Below are positions 1 through 10,535 of a DNA stretch of 64,000 nt, one piece after another (the stretch's first letter is position 1; every line of letters starts with the position of its first letter). The DNA is taken from assembly GCA_963765765.1 (NCBI GenBank), contig CAVXYC010000030.1, positions 254,916 through 318,915 of the forward strand, read 5' to 3'. The DNA is from an uncultured Chloroflexia bacterium. Lineage in GTDB: Bacteria > Chloroflexota > UBA6077 > JACCZL01. The position numbers and the translations under genes were made by a program. Below the pieces are notes generated by a model. It saw only the letters and a list, made by a program, of their open reading frames with translations, had not been told where the DNA came from and did not search any database.

Positions 1-796
1 CGCGACGAATGCCCAGCAGCATCTCGAAAGAGTATCGATCGATGGAGATCGAATTCTGGCGGGCGTAGCGCATGGCGGTGCGGATCAAACGCGGATCATG
101 CGTGGCAAGAGCCGGATGGTCACCATCGCTGAGCAGACGCAGCATCTGGCGCGCGTAGGCTCGATCCACATCGCGTTTCTCGGGGTATGCCACGGCCGGA
201 CTTTCGCTATATGCGCCCTTGCATAATCGAACCCCGATGCCCAGAGCGTTCATCTCCGCGACATCGTGGTCGGTGCGATAGAGGTACGACTGCAACACCA
301 CACCGAGATTGTCGAATCCCTCAGCTCGAAGCGTGCACGCAATGTCGAGCGTGCGATCAGTCGTCGAGGAGTCTTCCATGTCCAAACGCACGTATGAGCC
401 ATGCCGCTTTGCCAGGATCAGAAGGTCCCGCACATTTCGGGTACAGAGCTCCGCATCAAGCTGCAAACCGACCTGACTCGGTTTTACGGAGCAATAGGCG
501 CGCAATCTGCGTGCTGCGACGGCGTCTATTGCGTCCGCGTAAGCTCGCGTCGCGGTGGCGGCCTCTTCGGCAGAAGTCGTGTGCTCGCCCAGGAAGTTGA
601 GCGCGGCCCCGCATCCGCCGCGGTTGAGCTGCTCCACCGTGTTGAGCGCATCGTCCAGGCTCGAGCCGGCGACAAAGCGACCGGCGAGGCGCCTCGCCAG
701 GGTCCATTCAGTGGCTACATGCTTCATCTCAGGGGATGAAGACAATTGGAGGAGAAGACTACGCAATACGCTTGGAGCCTTCCCCAAGACGCTCAC
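1..796 (-). CDS. Monofunctional proline dehydrogenase (3' end runs off the window)
   Basis: Hand translation (absent from the ORF track): ...AGRFVAG...LNFLGE...SVKPSQVG...RLDMEDS...VLQSYLYRT...VRLCKGAYSE...ATHDPRLI...FEMLLGIRR, all ProDH motifs. The GTG start overlaps the ggt stop (GTGA). Confidence 0.92.
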   Translation of the reverse strand, partial: MSVLGKAPSVLRSLLLQLSSSPEMKHVATEWTLARRLAGRFVAGSSLDDALNTVEQLNRGGCGAALNFLGEHTTSAEEAATATRAYADAIDAVAARRLRAYCSVKPSQVGLQLDAELCTRNVRDLLILAKRHGSYVRLDMEDSSTTDRTLDIACTLRAEGFDNLGVVLQSYLYRTDHDVAEMNALGIGVRLCKGAYSESPAVAYPEKRDVDRAYARQMLRLLSDGDHPALATHDPRLIRTAMRYARQNSISIDRYSFEMLLGIRR

Positions 797-2492
797 ACTT
801 CGCCTTCCTGCGCGGTTGATCCCTGGCGACGTGGGTCCGCGGCAGCGGTGAGGTTTCCGGTGGCCCAATCAACCATGATGGATTGCACGTTACCAATGGT
901 GCGAGCTTCAGGCGCGATCTCGTGCCCACGCTCGCGCAAAGCATGGAGAAGCTGAGTATCGGTGCCTTCTTCCCAGGTGATACGTCGCCCGGGGCCAGCG
1001 TAGAGTCTCGGTGCCGCAATCGCCTCCTCCAGTGATTGGCCAGCGTCCAGGATGCGGCTGAGCACCTGCAGGATCGTGGGCACAATCGTGGCTCCGCCAG
1101 GCGAGCCGAGCGTGAGAATGGGGCGGCCTTCATTCATGACCATCGTCGGTGCCATGCTGCTCAGCGGACGGGCACCGGGACGAACCTGGTTCGGACCGCC
1201 GGGCCGTTCGTCAAAGTCACTCATCTGATTGTTCAAGAGTAGGCCAACCCCTGGCACCATGATGCCGCTGCCGAAGAGCGACTCAATGGTGGCCGTCACC
1301 GCTACCACGTTGCCCCAACGATCCGCGGTAGTGAAATGGGTGGTTTGTCCAGGGCCCCCGGGGCTCGGGGCCGCGGACTGCCGTAGCGACGAGCGATAGG
1401 CCGGCTCAAATATCCACGGATCGCCCGCGCTCCAGGTTTCATTGGCGTACTGGCGGTTAATCACGGCACTGCGCTGCGCAATATAGCCGGGGTCAAGCAT
1501 GCCAGTGATGGGTACGTGCACATGGTGCGGGTCGCCCAGAGTACTAGACCGATCGGCGAACGCGCAGCGCATGACCTCCAGCAGCAAGTGCGGCGCCTCG
1601 CTCTCGTTCTCCAGAGAGCCATCGGCTCGGAGTGTCTCTAGCATGCTCAGCATGCTCAGCAAGGTCACGCCGCTACCTGGCGGGCCAAAAGTGACGATGT
1701 CGTGTTCGCCGTATGGTCGATTCAGTGGCTCACGCCAGATCGTGCGATATGCGGACAGGTCGTCGAGCGTCATACGCCCGCCGCGCTCCCGGACCTCATC
1801 GACGATGGCCTTACCGATGCTTCCGCGGTACAGCTCGGCCGACCCTCGTTCGGCTAGCGTCTGGAGTGTTCGGCCGAGGTCGCGCTGCACCAGAAGATCG
1901 CCGGCCTTCAGCGGAGTCCCACCTGGCATAAACAATTGGGCGGCCGTGGCGGAGCGGCTCAGTCGGGCGCGGTTGTTGGCGCTCCCGAGGCCAATCCGAC
2001 TCGTCATGAACTCGCTCACCGGTACGCCGTCGTGGGCCGACCGTATTGCGGGCTTCAGCGCATCAGCGAGCTGGATTGTCCCGAAGCGCCGAAGCACTTC
2101 CTCCAGGCCCAGAAGAGCGCCGGGGATTGCTACGGCGAGGCCATTGGCGGCACGATCGTTCTCATCCAGCGGTTGCCCATCGCGTCCTAAAAAGATGTCG
2201 GGAGTGGACGCCGCGGGCGCGGTCTCTCGCGCATCAAGGGCATGGATACGACTCTCGCCGGCAGCGTAAATCAGCCAGAACGCGCCTCCACCGAGGCCCG
2301 AGGCGAGAGGCTCCACCACGCCCAACGTGCAATGCACCGCGGCGGCCGCGTCCACCGCGTTCCCGCCGCTCGAAGAACTTCCGCGCCGGCTTCGGTTGCA
2401 ACGGCATGCGACGCGGCGACGGCCCATTCACGGAGCGGCGACGGCCCGGCTCCCATGCCATTCGGTCCATCACCATTTACTGGGTCGCTCAC
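793..2492 (-). CDS. ggt: Gamma-glutamyltransferase (frameshift near 2367, likely sequencing indel)
   Basis: GGNAVDAA, GLGGGAF, DARETAP, nucleophile motif TTHFTTADRWGN, LLNNQMSDF, RPLSSMAP, GSPGG, AADPRR. The N-terminus VAASHAVATEAGAEVLR lies in ORF 2271..2492. Confidence 0.93.
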
Positions 2493-2935
2493 TCCCGCTC
2501 CTCCACGTTATTGTCGTATGCCAACATCATTGCGCGAAGCGGACTCGGAAGCGGTACGGGGCGCCTGGTCTCCAGATCCACGTACACCTGCACGCCGTGG
2601 CCTTCAGCGAAGAGCCGGCCATCCGGGCCATGAATCAGGAACGAGAATCCCGAGCTCGAACGCTTCAGCCAATCCATACGGAATCCCACCCGCAATCGGT
2701 CACCGTACTCCGCTGCAACCACGTAACGGCATTGAATATCGAGCATCAAAAAGGCAAGCTCGGTCATGAGGTCAAGCTTCAGGACCTGGGTGTAGTACTC
2801 GAGCCGGGCCATCTCAGCATAGATAAAGTACACGGTGTGGTTGACGTGCTTGAGGGTGTCAAGGTCCCGAAAGCGGACGTCCTGATCGATCCAAAAGCGA
2901 AAGCTCTTGTCTGAAATGGAAGGGATGTTTTTCAC
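2489..2935 (-). CDS. Acyl-CoA thioesterase, 4HBT/YbgC hot-dog family
   Basis: VRFRDLDTLKHVNHTVYFIYAEMAR motif; C-terminal VYVDLETRRPVPLP. Confidence 0.9.
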   Translation of the reverse strand: MKNIPSISDKSFRFWIDQDVRFRDLDTLKHVNHTVYFIYAEMARLEYYTQVLKLDLMTELAFLMLDIQCRYVVAAEYGDRLRVGFRMDWLKRSSSGFSFLIHGPDGRLFAEGHGVQVYVDLETRRPVPLPSPLRAMMLAYDNNVEERE

Positions 2936-3214
2936 TAGCGTCAGTTTGCCCTGATTGGAGCTACTCTTGGCGTCGGCAGATTTTGCAGCACTCCGGTCTT
3001 TAGAGAGTCTGAATTACAAGGTTGCTACGCTTTTGGCTCGGCCCGACAATATCACTCCGGTTCATCAACTGTCGTGTGCTTTAATTGCCGGACGACTTAA
3101 GAAAGTCTTCAGAATCACCGGCACGGGCGTTCAGATACCTTCGGGATACTGTCACTGAACACGACTGCCTCGTGGCAGCTTATATGTCCGCTCACTGGAG
3201 GGAAGCCGTAACTG

Positions 3215-5856
3215 ATGGCGCGCGCTGCCACCTGGCCTGCGACCTGGACACCGCGTCGGATACCGCCACGTTGGTCGATCCCCCTCTTTATTGCCCTACT
3301 GGTCGCCATCGGTCTGGCCGCCGCCTATGCCATGGGCTACGTCGGACAGCGGGCGGTAGGGCCGACGTTCCAGACGACGCCTGTTTCGCGGGGAGACATC
3401 CGCTCGACGATTAGCGCAACCGGGCCCATCACCAATCCCGCGAGCCTACCCTTAACGTTTAAGAGCAGCGGCAAACTCATTGATCTGGGCGTACAGGTGG
3501 GCGATCGCGTGACGGCCGGCCAGGTCCTGGCCCAGCTTGACGCTTCGGATCTGGAAGCCAATCTAGCTCAAGCACAATCACAGCTTATTCAAGCTCAAGC
3601 GAACTACGATGGGCTCGCGGCCGGGCCGACGGAAGAAGCCATAAATGTGGCACGTGCCCAGGTGGCCGCGGCGGAGCAGAGTCTGGCCTCGGCTCAGCGT
3701 AGCCTCGCCATGACGCAGGCCACGGCCGCACAGCAGGCTCAGGTTTCCGCGGCCAGCGTAGAGTCAGCGCAGGTCAGCGTTGCCAACGCCGAGAAGGTCG
3801 ATGAGAACACGCAGGCGCAGGTGGAAGCCTCTACGGCTTCTCTGAAAGTCTCGCTCGAGAATGCCATGAAGGCGCTCGAGAACGCGAAGGCTCAGGCGGT
3901 TACCGCCACGGCGGCTTCCCAAGCAACAGTGGAAGCCGACCGCAAGTCGCTGGACGAAGCCGAGAAGAACCTGGCCATCGTTCGCACGCAGATCGATCGG
4001 GATACGCAAAGCGATCGCATCGCCGTTTCGAACGCGGAGGTCGTGCTCCGCAACGCCCAGATCGCGCTGGGCAACGCCGAGCGAAAGGCCAAGGCCGATC
4101 TCGATGTCTCCCGGCGCCAGGTCGATCGATCAAAGTCGGATTTGAAGACTCAGGAAGAGGAACGTGACCAGGCTTGCAAGAGCTCCTCGACATCGACGAG
4201 CAGCAACAACAACAACTGTAACGTGGCCAAACGGCAAGTGGATTCTTCCAAGGCCAGTCTCAGAACCACCGAGCAGCAGGTGAACGTCACGCGCATCTCT
4301 GGCGAGCAGTCAATCGCATCGGCGCAGGCGACAGTTAACACCGCCACGAACTCGCTCAATACGGCGCAGGCCGCGCTAAGCAGCAATCAAGCGAAGTACT
4401 CCGGCTCGCTCCAGAGCGCTCTAGCGGCGGTCGAGACAGCCAAGAGTCGAGTTAATTCGAGCACGGCCAGCCTGGAGGACGCAAAGGCGCGACAGCAGGC
4501 GTCAATCGTGACGGCGCAGAATTCGTTGGATACAGCGCAAGCCAGTTTTGACGAAAGCACCGTGAAGAACCAGGCCACGCTGGTCTCCTCCAAGAACTCC
4601 GTGGACTCCGCTCGGGCCTCGCTTCAGTCAGCCACCGCCAACCAGGGCCAATCGCGGGCTTCCTCGGCCGATTCCGTGGACAGTGCGCGTGCTCAGGTGG
4701 AGCAGTCCACGGCCAGTCTCAATACGGCGCGAGCGAATTACGAGTCATCCACAGCTATGCCGACCGAGTTCGAGCTGCAGGCGGCACAGGCTCAGGTGGA
4801 AAATGCTCGGGCATCGGCATCCATCTCAGAGAACAATTTGAAGCAAGCGGCATTGATTACGCCGGTCGACGGCATCGTGGCGAGTGTGAGTGCCTCCGTG
4901 GGTCAGTTCATCAGTGGTGGCTCGGTGAGCAGCGGCACGTCAGCAACTGCCAGCACCACCTCAGGTACGGCCGTGGCTGGCTTCATCACACTCACCAATA
5001 TCTCCGAGCCGCAGGTCAGCGCACAGGTCAGTGAAGCCGACGTGGGACGCGTTCGTCCTGGCCAGCCTGTCACGTTCACCGTGAGTGCGTTCCCTGGACG
5101 CACGTTTACCGCAAAAGTGGCGCGCCTGGATCCTATTGGTCAGACGGTCTCGAACGTGGTGAACTACAACGTCGTGTCCGTTGTCGATAAACCGGACGTC
5201 GAGCTGTTGCCCTCCATGACGGCAACGGTCACGATCATCACCGAGCAGGTGAGCAATGTGCTTCTGGTCCCGAACACCGCGGTCTCCTACGGGGCCAGCC
5301 AAGCCGGACGGTTGCCACAGGTGGACGAATCTGGCGCGCCGGCAGGCGGTGCGGCGACGGGGACAGAAACCGCCGGCGGGCGTGGAACCGGGGCGCGGGC
5401 AGGCGCCGGTGCCGATGGAAGCGGGAATCAGGGAACCGGTGGCAATCAGGGCGCTGGTGGGAATCGCGGAGCTGGAGTGCGGGCCGGTAATGACGTGGGC
5501 GCGGCGGCGACGCCGCTGCCGCGAGCACTGATGCCTCTGGCGAAGGCGCCGCAGCTCGTCAGAGCGGCGGAAACCGCACCGGTGGCGCAAACCGCGCTGG
5601 GGCTATTACAGGTGAGCCAGAGGCGGGCACAGCCGGATTCGTTGTGGTGCTCCAGAATGGGGAGCCCGTGGCGCGGCGTGTGCGGATAGGTACACGAGAC
5701 GACCGAAACACTCAGGTGATCTCCGGGCTCCAGGTTGGCGATCAGATCGTCACCGGTTCGGCGCAGGCAGCATCGCAACAGCAGGCCGCGCCAAAGCCGT
5801 CCACGGGTGGGTCGAGTATCCTCCCAACAGGCGGTGGAGGAGTTCCCAAGCGGTAG
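3215..5856 (+). CDS. MacA/YknX-type efflux adaptor (membrane fusion protein) with an exceptionally long helical hairpin; frameshift in the Gly-rich tail near 5490
   Basis: N-terminal TM, lipoyl halves (SGKLIDLGVQVGDRVTAGQVLAQLD / LITPVDGIV), beta-barrel (VSEADVGRVRPGQPVTFTV). The C-terminal RRVRIGTRDDRNTQVISGLQVGDQIV is in ORF 5644..5856. Confidence 0.9.
5395..5500 (+). repeat. Low-complexity Gly-rich coding repeat (GNQG-T/A-G units) in the adaptor tail
   Basis: Encodes GAGADGSGNQGTGGNQGAGGNRGAG; roughly 18-nt imperfect tandem units. Confidence 0.6.
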
Positions 5857-5927
5857 CTCGGGTGCACAGACTGGCAATTGTTGCGAAGGCCAGCGCTGCA
5901 CGGACCTGGAAGGCAAGACACGGACTC

Positions 5928-6696
5928 ATGATGTCAGACCCCACATCCAACGCTCCCGTTATTCAAGTGGGAGATCTGCGCAAGGAATACCACATGGGTG
6001 ACAATGTGGTGCATGCTATGCAGGGCGTCTCGCTGGAGGTTTTTCCGGGCGAGTTCGTTGCTGTTATGGGGCCATCCGGCTCAGGCAAATCCACCTTCAT
6101 GAACGTCGTGGGCTGCCTGGATCAACCGACCTCGGGGTCGTATGAGCTCAACGGTGTGGAAGTGGCGACATTGAGCCGCGACGCTCTGGCAGACGCGCGC
6201 AACCGAGAGATCGGCTTCATCTTTCAGAGCTTCAACCTGCTACCGCGGATGACGGCGCTCGGAAACGTGATGCTGCCCATGCTTTACGCCGGGCGTTCCG
6301 GAGGCCATTCGTCTCCAGCGTGCCATGGCTGCGCTCCAGGCCGTGGGCCTGAAGGGTCGCGAGCACCACAAGCCGAAAGAGATGTCTGGCGGCCAGCAGC
6401 AGCGCACGGCCATTGCCCGAGCCCTGGTGAATAAGCCCAGCGTTATCCTGGCCGATGAACCGACGGGTGCGCTGGATAGCCGGACCAGCATTGAGATCAT
6501 GGCGCTCCTGCAGCACTTGAACAGGCGTGGTGCCACGATCGTCGTCGTCACGCACGAGCCGGATATCGCGGAGCATTGCTCGCGCATTGTGACCTTTTCG
6601 GATGGTCGCGTGCGGGAGGATCGAATTGTGACGAATTCAATTTCGGCGCAACAGCGTCTAGATGAGATGGACGCCGGGCGGGGGAACGCGGCATGA
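5928..6696 (+). CDS. MacB/LolD-type ABC transporter ATP-binding protein (frameshift near 6300)
   Basis: Walker A GPSGSGKST and FIFQSFNLL in 5862..6434; MSGGQQQR, ILADEPTGALD and VVVTHE in 6325..6696. Confidence 0.93.
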
Positions 6697-8036
6697 GCCA
6701 GGTACTAGACCGTCCGACCGCCGCGCCGACTCCCCAAGCGGCTCCCGAGCCGGTGGTCGAGGAGCAGGAAACCGATGTTTTTGACCTTCTTGCAACCACG
6801 CCGCCGCGCGGCCACAGCGGTCTACTCGCCGTAAGCCTGCCTTCGGCGCTGGAGGCGCTTCGATCCAATAAAGGACGATCCATTCTGACCACGCTCGGCA
6901 TCATCATCGGTGTCGGCTCGGTCATCGCTATGGTCTCCATTGGTGAGGGCGCCAAGTCCCAGGTGGCGGAACGCCTGGCTGGGCTCGGCACCAACGTACT
7001 CACCATTCAGCCTGGCAGCAGTCGCTCTGGCGGCGTGAGTGGTGGTGCGGGTACCGTCCAAACGTTGACGGATGCCGATGCCGTAGCGATTCAGAACGAG
7101 GTCGATGACATCGCGACGCTGAGCCCGATCGTTCAGGGCAATGCGCAGCTCGTCGTGGGAAACCAGAACTGGCAGGCCCGTATTCAGGGCGTGTGGCCGG
7201 AATACCAGGATATCCAGAACTGGAAGGTCTCCAGGGGCTCGTTCTTCTCGCAGCAAGACAATACTGAAGCGCGTAGTGTGGCAGTGATTGGCGAGACGGT
7301 GGCTCAGAATCTCTATCCTGGCGGTCAGAACCCCGTCGGAACGCAGCTTCGCATTCGCAACGTCCCGTTCGTCGTTGTTGGTGTGCTGGCGGCCAAGGGT
7401 AGCAGCGGCTTCCAGGATCAGGATGACATCGTCATGGTCCCGTTCGAGACCGGCCAGGTGCGCCTGTTTGGGCCAGAGAAGATCAATCAGATCTCCGTCC
7501 AGACGGTGGACGGTGATTCAATGACGACCGTCCAGGACGACATAACTCAGTTATTGCGATCACGACACCGTCTACGACCGGCCGATCGAGATGACTTCCA
7601 GGTTCGGAACAGTAATCAGATCGTCGAAACGGCCTCGGGCGTCGCGCAGACACTTACCATGCTCCTAGCTGGCGTCGCGGCGGTGTCGCTGGTGGTTGGC
7701 GGCATCGGCATCATGAACATCATGCTGGTCTCCGTCACTGAGCGCACACGCGAAATCGGCATTCGCATGGCCATCGGCGCACGTCCGGGAAACGTGCTCT
7801 CACAGTTTCTGGTGGAAGCCATCATGCTCTCAGTGATGGGCGGACTGATCGGTATCGCACTGGGCCTCGGAATCGCCTTCTCGCTACCAAAGATCGCAGG
7901 TTGGGCCTCCGTCGTCACGGGTGGCTCCATCGCACTGGCCTTCGGATTCTCGGCAATGATCGGCGTCTTCTTCGGCTACTATCCCGCCAGGAAAGCCTCC
8001 CAGCTCAATCCCATCGACGCACTGCGATACGACTAG
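6693..8036 (+). CDS. MacB-type ABC transporter permease
   Basis: RSILTTLGIIIGV, VGGIGIMNIMLVSVTERTREIGIRMAIGA, PARKASQLNPIDALRYD. Confidence 0.95.
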   Translation: MSQVLDRPTAAPTPQAAPEPVVEEQETDVFDLLATTPPRGHSGLLAVSLPSALEALRSNKGRSILTTLGIIIGVGSVIAMVSIGEGAKSQVAERLAGLGTNVLTIQPGSSRSGGVSGGAGTVQTLTDADAVAIQNEVDDIATLSPIVQGNAQLVVGNQNWQARIQGVWPEYQDIQNWKVSRGSFFSQQDNTEARSVAVIGETVAQNLYPGGQNPVGTQLRIRNVPFVVVGVLAAKGSSGFQDQDDIVMVPFETGQVRLFGPEKINQISVQTVDGDSMTTVQDDITQLLRSRHRLRPADRDDFQVRNSNQIVETASGVAQTLTMLLAGVAAVSLVVGGIGIMNIMLVSVTERTREIGIRMAIGARPGNVLSQFLVEAIMLSVMGGLIGIALGLGIAFSLPKIAGWASVVTGGSIALAFGFSAMIGVFFGYYPARKASQLNPIDALRYD

Positions 8037-8134
8037 CACGCCAGTACTGCCCGGCAATCCTTGGGGCTTGAGGCTGCGAGATGTATGATCGCCCCAGCCC
8101 GTCTCGTACGCGTGGACGGCAAGGAGAGCGGCTC

Positions 8135-8602
8135 ATGGCAGCTATCAAGAAAGTCGGCCACGTTGTACTGGGGGTACGAGACCCTCAGCGGTCCATTGAC
8201 TTCTATACCAATGCAATCGGTATGGAGCTCGTCACGCGCATCGACGATATGCAGATGGCGTTCTTCTCATTCGGTGAGCGGGACCATGATATCGCGGTCA
8301 TCAAGGTCCCAGAGGATGCCCCGGTTGGCAGCTACGGCTTGGCTCATACGGCCCTGGAGATCGATGGTGGCGTGCCGGAGCTGCGGGAGCTTTATGAGCG
8401 GCTAAAGGATCGTGGCGTCGAGGTGGAGTTCACCGCGGACCACGTACTGACCAAAAGCTTCTACTTCCTTGATCCCGACGGTAATAGGTTGGAGATTTTT
8501 TCGCAGGCGCTTCCCGCGAGTGAGGCCAAGCAGTTTCTGCACGACGTCAACCAAGGTGATGCGGTAATGGGCCCTCTGGATCTGGAGAAGGCTCCAGCGT
8601 AA
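8135..8602 (+). CDS. VOC/glyoxalase family protein
   Basis: VGHVVLGVRD, HDIAV, GLAHTAL, SFYFLDPDGNRLEI; RBS AAGGAG upstream of ATG 8135. Confidence 0.88.
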   Translation: MAAIKKVGHVVLGVRDPQRSIDFYTNAIGMELVTRIDDMQMAFFSFGERDHDIAVIKVPEDAPVGSYGLAHTALEIDGGVPELRELYERLKDRGVEVEFTADHVLTKSFYFLDPDGNRLEIFSQALPASEAKQFLHDVNQGDAVMGPLDLEKAPA

Positions 8603-8630
8603 GTCGAGCCGCGAGACGCTGACTCAGCTC

Positions 8631-8698
8631 GGTGGGACAGATGTCGCTACCTGTCCAGTGTTTGCTAATCGATCTCAGATAAACGTCTGTCCCTTCCA
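8631..8698. repeat. Degenerate inverted pair of REP-like family B (GGTGGGACAG...CTGTCC)
   Basis: ggtgggacagatgtcgctacctgtcc ... acgtctgtcccttcc between convergent genes; related to 9601-9675 and 41900-41999. Confidence 0.55.
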
Positions 8699-8706
8699 TT
8701 CACCGA

Positions 8707-9297
8707 CTACGGCGTCCAGGATGGATCGCGTCCGCTAAGGCCAACGGCGCGATCCAACAGCGATGCGTCGGGTGAGACCTCAACGATTGGACCAAACGGT
8801 GATCCTTCACCTCGATCGGGTGATTGAGAGAGCATCGCGATGATGGCTTCGAGGTTGGCCGTATCGCATGTGAATCGTTGACCCGTGGCCCGGGCGAGAT
8901 CCCAACCGTGGATGACCAGCTCATCAACGGCCACAATGCCCATGATCTGCGCGGGAAGTGTCACACCTCCAGCCAATGCTTCTCCCTGCCAGGCCGCCGG
9001 ATCTTTCCAGGCGGCTACGAGCTCATCGAGCTGCGACGGCAACTTGGTGCGCCATTCCAGGTCAAGATGGTCGGCCGATGGCAGTGGAGGTCCAGCCTGA
9101 CCTGGAGCGTCGGTTGATTTCCGGGCGGCGTTTGTGAATGCCATAGTCAACCCCATGAAGTGATCCAGCAGCGCCGCGACGGACATCTCTCCACACGGCG
9201 TCGGATTCGAGAAGTCCGCCTCAGTGATTCCGTTCAGTAACGCTTTCACCTGGCGAGCAGGCGGGTCCAGATCCAGCATTGCGTCGCGGTCCGTCAT
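8707..9297 (-). CDS. TIGR03086-family / DinB-like (MDMPI N-terminal) metal-binding protein
   Basis: PTPCGEMSVAALLDH, ELVIHGWDLARATGQ, C-terminal GRDP. Confidence 0.9.
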   Translation of the reverse strand: MTDRDAMLDLDPPARQVKALLNGITEADFSNPTPCGEMSVAALLDHFMGLTMAFTNAARKSTDAPGQAGPPLPSADHLDLEWRTKLPSQLDELVAAWKDPAAWQGEALAGGVTLPAQIMGIVAVDELVIHGWDLARATGQRFTCDTANLEAIIAMLSQSPDRGEGSPFGPIVEVSPDASLLDRAVGLSGRDPSWTP

Positions 9298-9379
9298 CGC
9301 TTTCCTCCTGTGGGCTCGGTGCTGAAAAGTAACGGCCGCGGCGGTCCAACTTGCGTACCGCTCAGCCGGTCACGGCGAA

Positions 9380-9592
9380 ATGACACTTCTCAAGAAGTTC
9401 GCGGAGTTCTGGTACGACTTCATCATAGGCGACTCGTGGGGGCTGGCGATGGGAGTGCTCGCAATCCTGGTGGTTGCGAAGGCCATAGACGTGCTGGTGC
9501 CCGCGGAGATTGCCGTGCCTTTCCTTCCGATTGCATTACCCATCGCGGTTGTGGCTGTCCTGGGTATTAGCCTGGCTCGGGCGGAGCGCTAA
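9380..9592 (+). CDS. Small membrane protein of unknown function (2 TM)
   Basis: FWYDFIIGDSW followed by two hydrophobic segments; fills the gap between divergent and convergent neighbours. Confidence 0.7.
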   Translation: MTLLKKFAEFWYDFIIGDSWGLAMGVLAILVVAKAIDVLVPAEIAVPFLPIALPIAVVAVLGISLARAER

Positions 9593-9600
9593 CAGACGCC

Positions 9601-9675
9601 GGTGGAAGTCGTCTCGACTATCTATTGTGCCTGCCTTTTGAATTAGGACGGGACAGTCGAGACGACCGTCCCACC
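9601..9675. repeat. Inverted pair of REP-like family B
   Basis: ggtggaagtcgtctcgact ... ggacagtcgagacgaccgtcccacc, between convergent genes. Confidence 0.75.
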
Positions 9676-9685
9676 AAACGACGGG

Positions 9686-10465
9686 TTAAACAACCCAGTG
9701 CCGCTTGCCGTTGGCGCTTAGGAGGCGGCCGAATTCCAGCCCAGGGAAGTGCGCCGCGGCGGCCGGGATATCCGTGCCCTCTAACTCCCGAATGAGCGCT
9801 GTCTTGGTTCGTTGAGCAAGCTCGGGATCAACGTCTCCGAGACCGCCCCACTCATCTTCCTCAAGCTCTACAGGGCAGTGCACTACGTCGCCAAGTAGAA
9901 GACCGCGTGCCGTTCCTGATGAGATCACCATGATGGTGCTGCCCGGAGTGTGGCCTGGGGCCACCATAGCGTCAACGCCGGGAAGGATCGGCCCTGCTCG
10001 GTCCCAGGTCTCCATGCGCTCGGCCACGGGTGTCATGATCTCCGTGACCTCCTCGTTCTTGCCCATGAAATGCTCGAGGTCACGGACGTCACAGCGGTAG
10101 GTCGCATTCGGAAACACGATCTCGCCGTCTCTGGATGCCCACCCCACGTGATCGAAATGCAGGTGAGTAAAGATGACGTCGGTCAAGTCTCCGGGCTGAA
10201 CACCGATTGCCGCCAAGCTTTCCAGGAGATGACCCGCGTCATGAAACATCCGCCTTGGCGCCCCCATGCCCGTATCCACCAGCACCAGGCGATCGCGAAC
10301 CCCTCTTATGAGAAACCCGCCGAGCGCCAGCTCGACTTTGCCGTCCTCATCGATGAACTGCTGATGCTGTGACCACATCTCATCCGTAGTTCCGCGAAAT
10401 CTGTCAGCGTCGAATTTCCCAACGCCGTCATAGATCGCAGAAACCTCGAGATCACCGATTTGCAT
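9686..10465 (-). CDS. MBL-fold metallo-hydrolase (lactonase-like)
   Basis: LVDTG, THLHFDHVG, APGHTPG, GDVVH, AHFP. Confidence 0.9.
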   Translation of the reverse strand: MQIGDLEVSAIYDGVGKFDADRFRGTTDEMWSQHQQFIDEDGKVELALGGFLIRGVRDRLVLVDTGMGAPRRMFHDAGHLLESLAAIGVQPGDLTDVIFTHLHFDHVGWASRDGEIVFPNATYRCDVRDLEHFMGKNEEVTEIMTPVAERMETWDRAGPILPGVDAMVAPGHTPGSTIMVISSGTARGLLLGDVVHCPVELEEDEWGGLGDVDPELAQRTKTALIRELEGTDIPAAAAHFPGLEFGRLLSANGKRHWVV

Positions 10466-10535
10466 GATGAAGCCCCTCTCGCTTGAGCCTGCCCGACTCG
10501 AGCTACGGTAGCAGGAATGGCACAGGCGAGCGAGC

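Noticed and set aside
3530-4850. Phage tape-measure, flagellin or chemoreceptor gene
   Set aside because: The coiled coil lies between lipoyl half-motifs in a MacAB-type operon, and there are no phage genes.
6290-6330. Programmed ribosomal frameshifting in the split genes
   Set aside because: No slippery heptamers were seen, and breaks occur at arbitrary positions in many unrelated genes.
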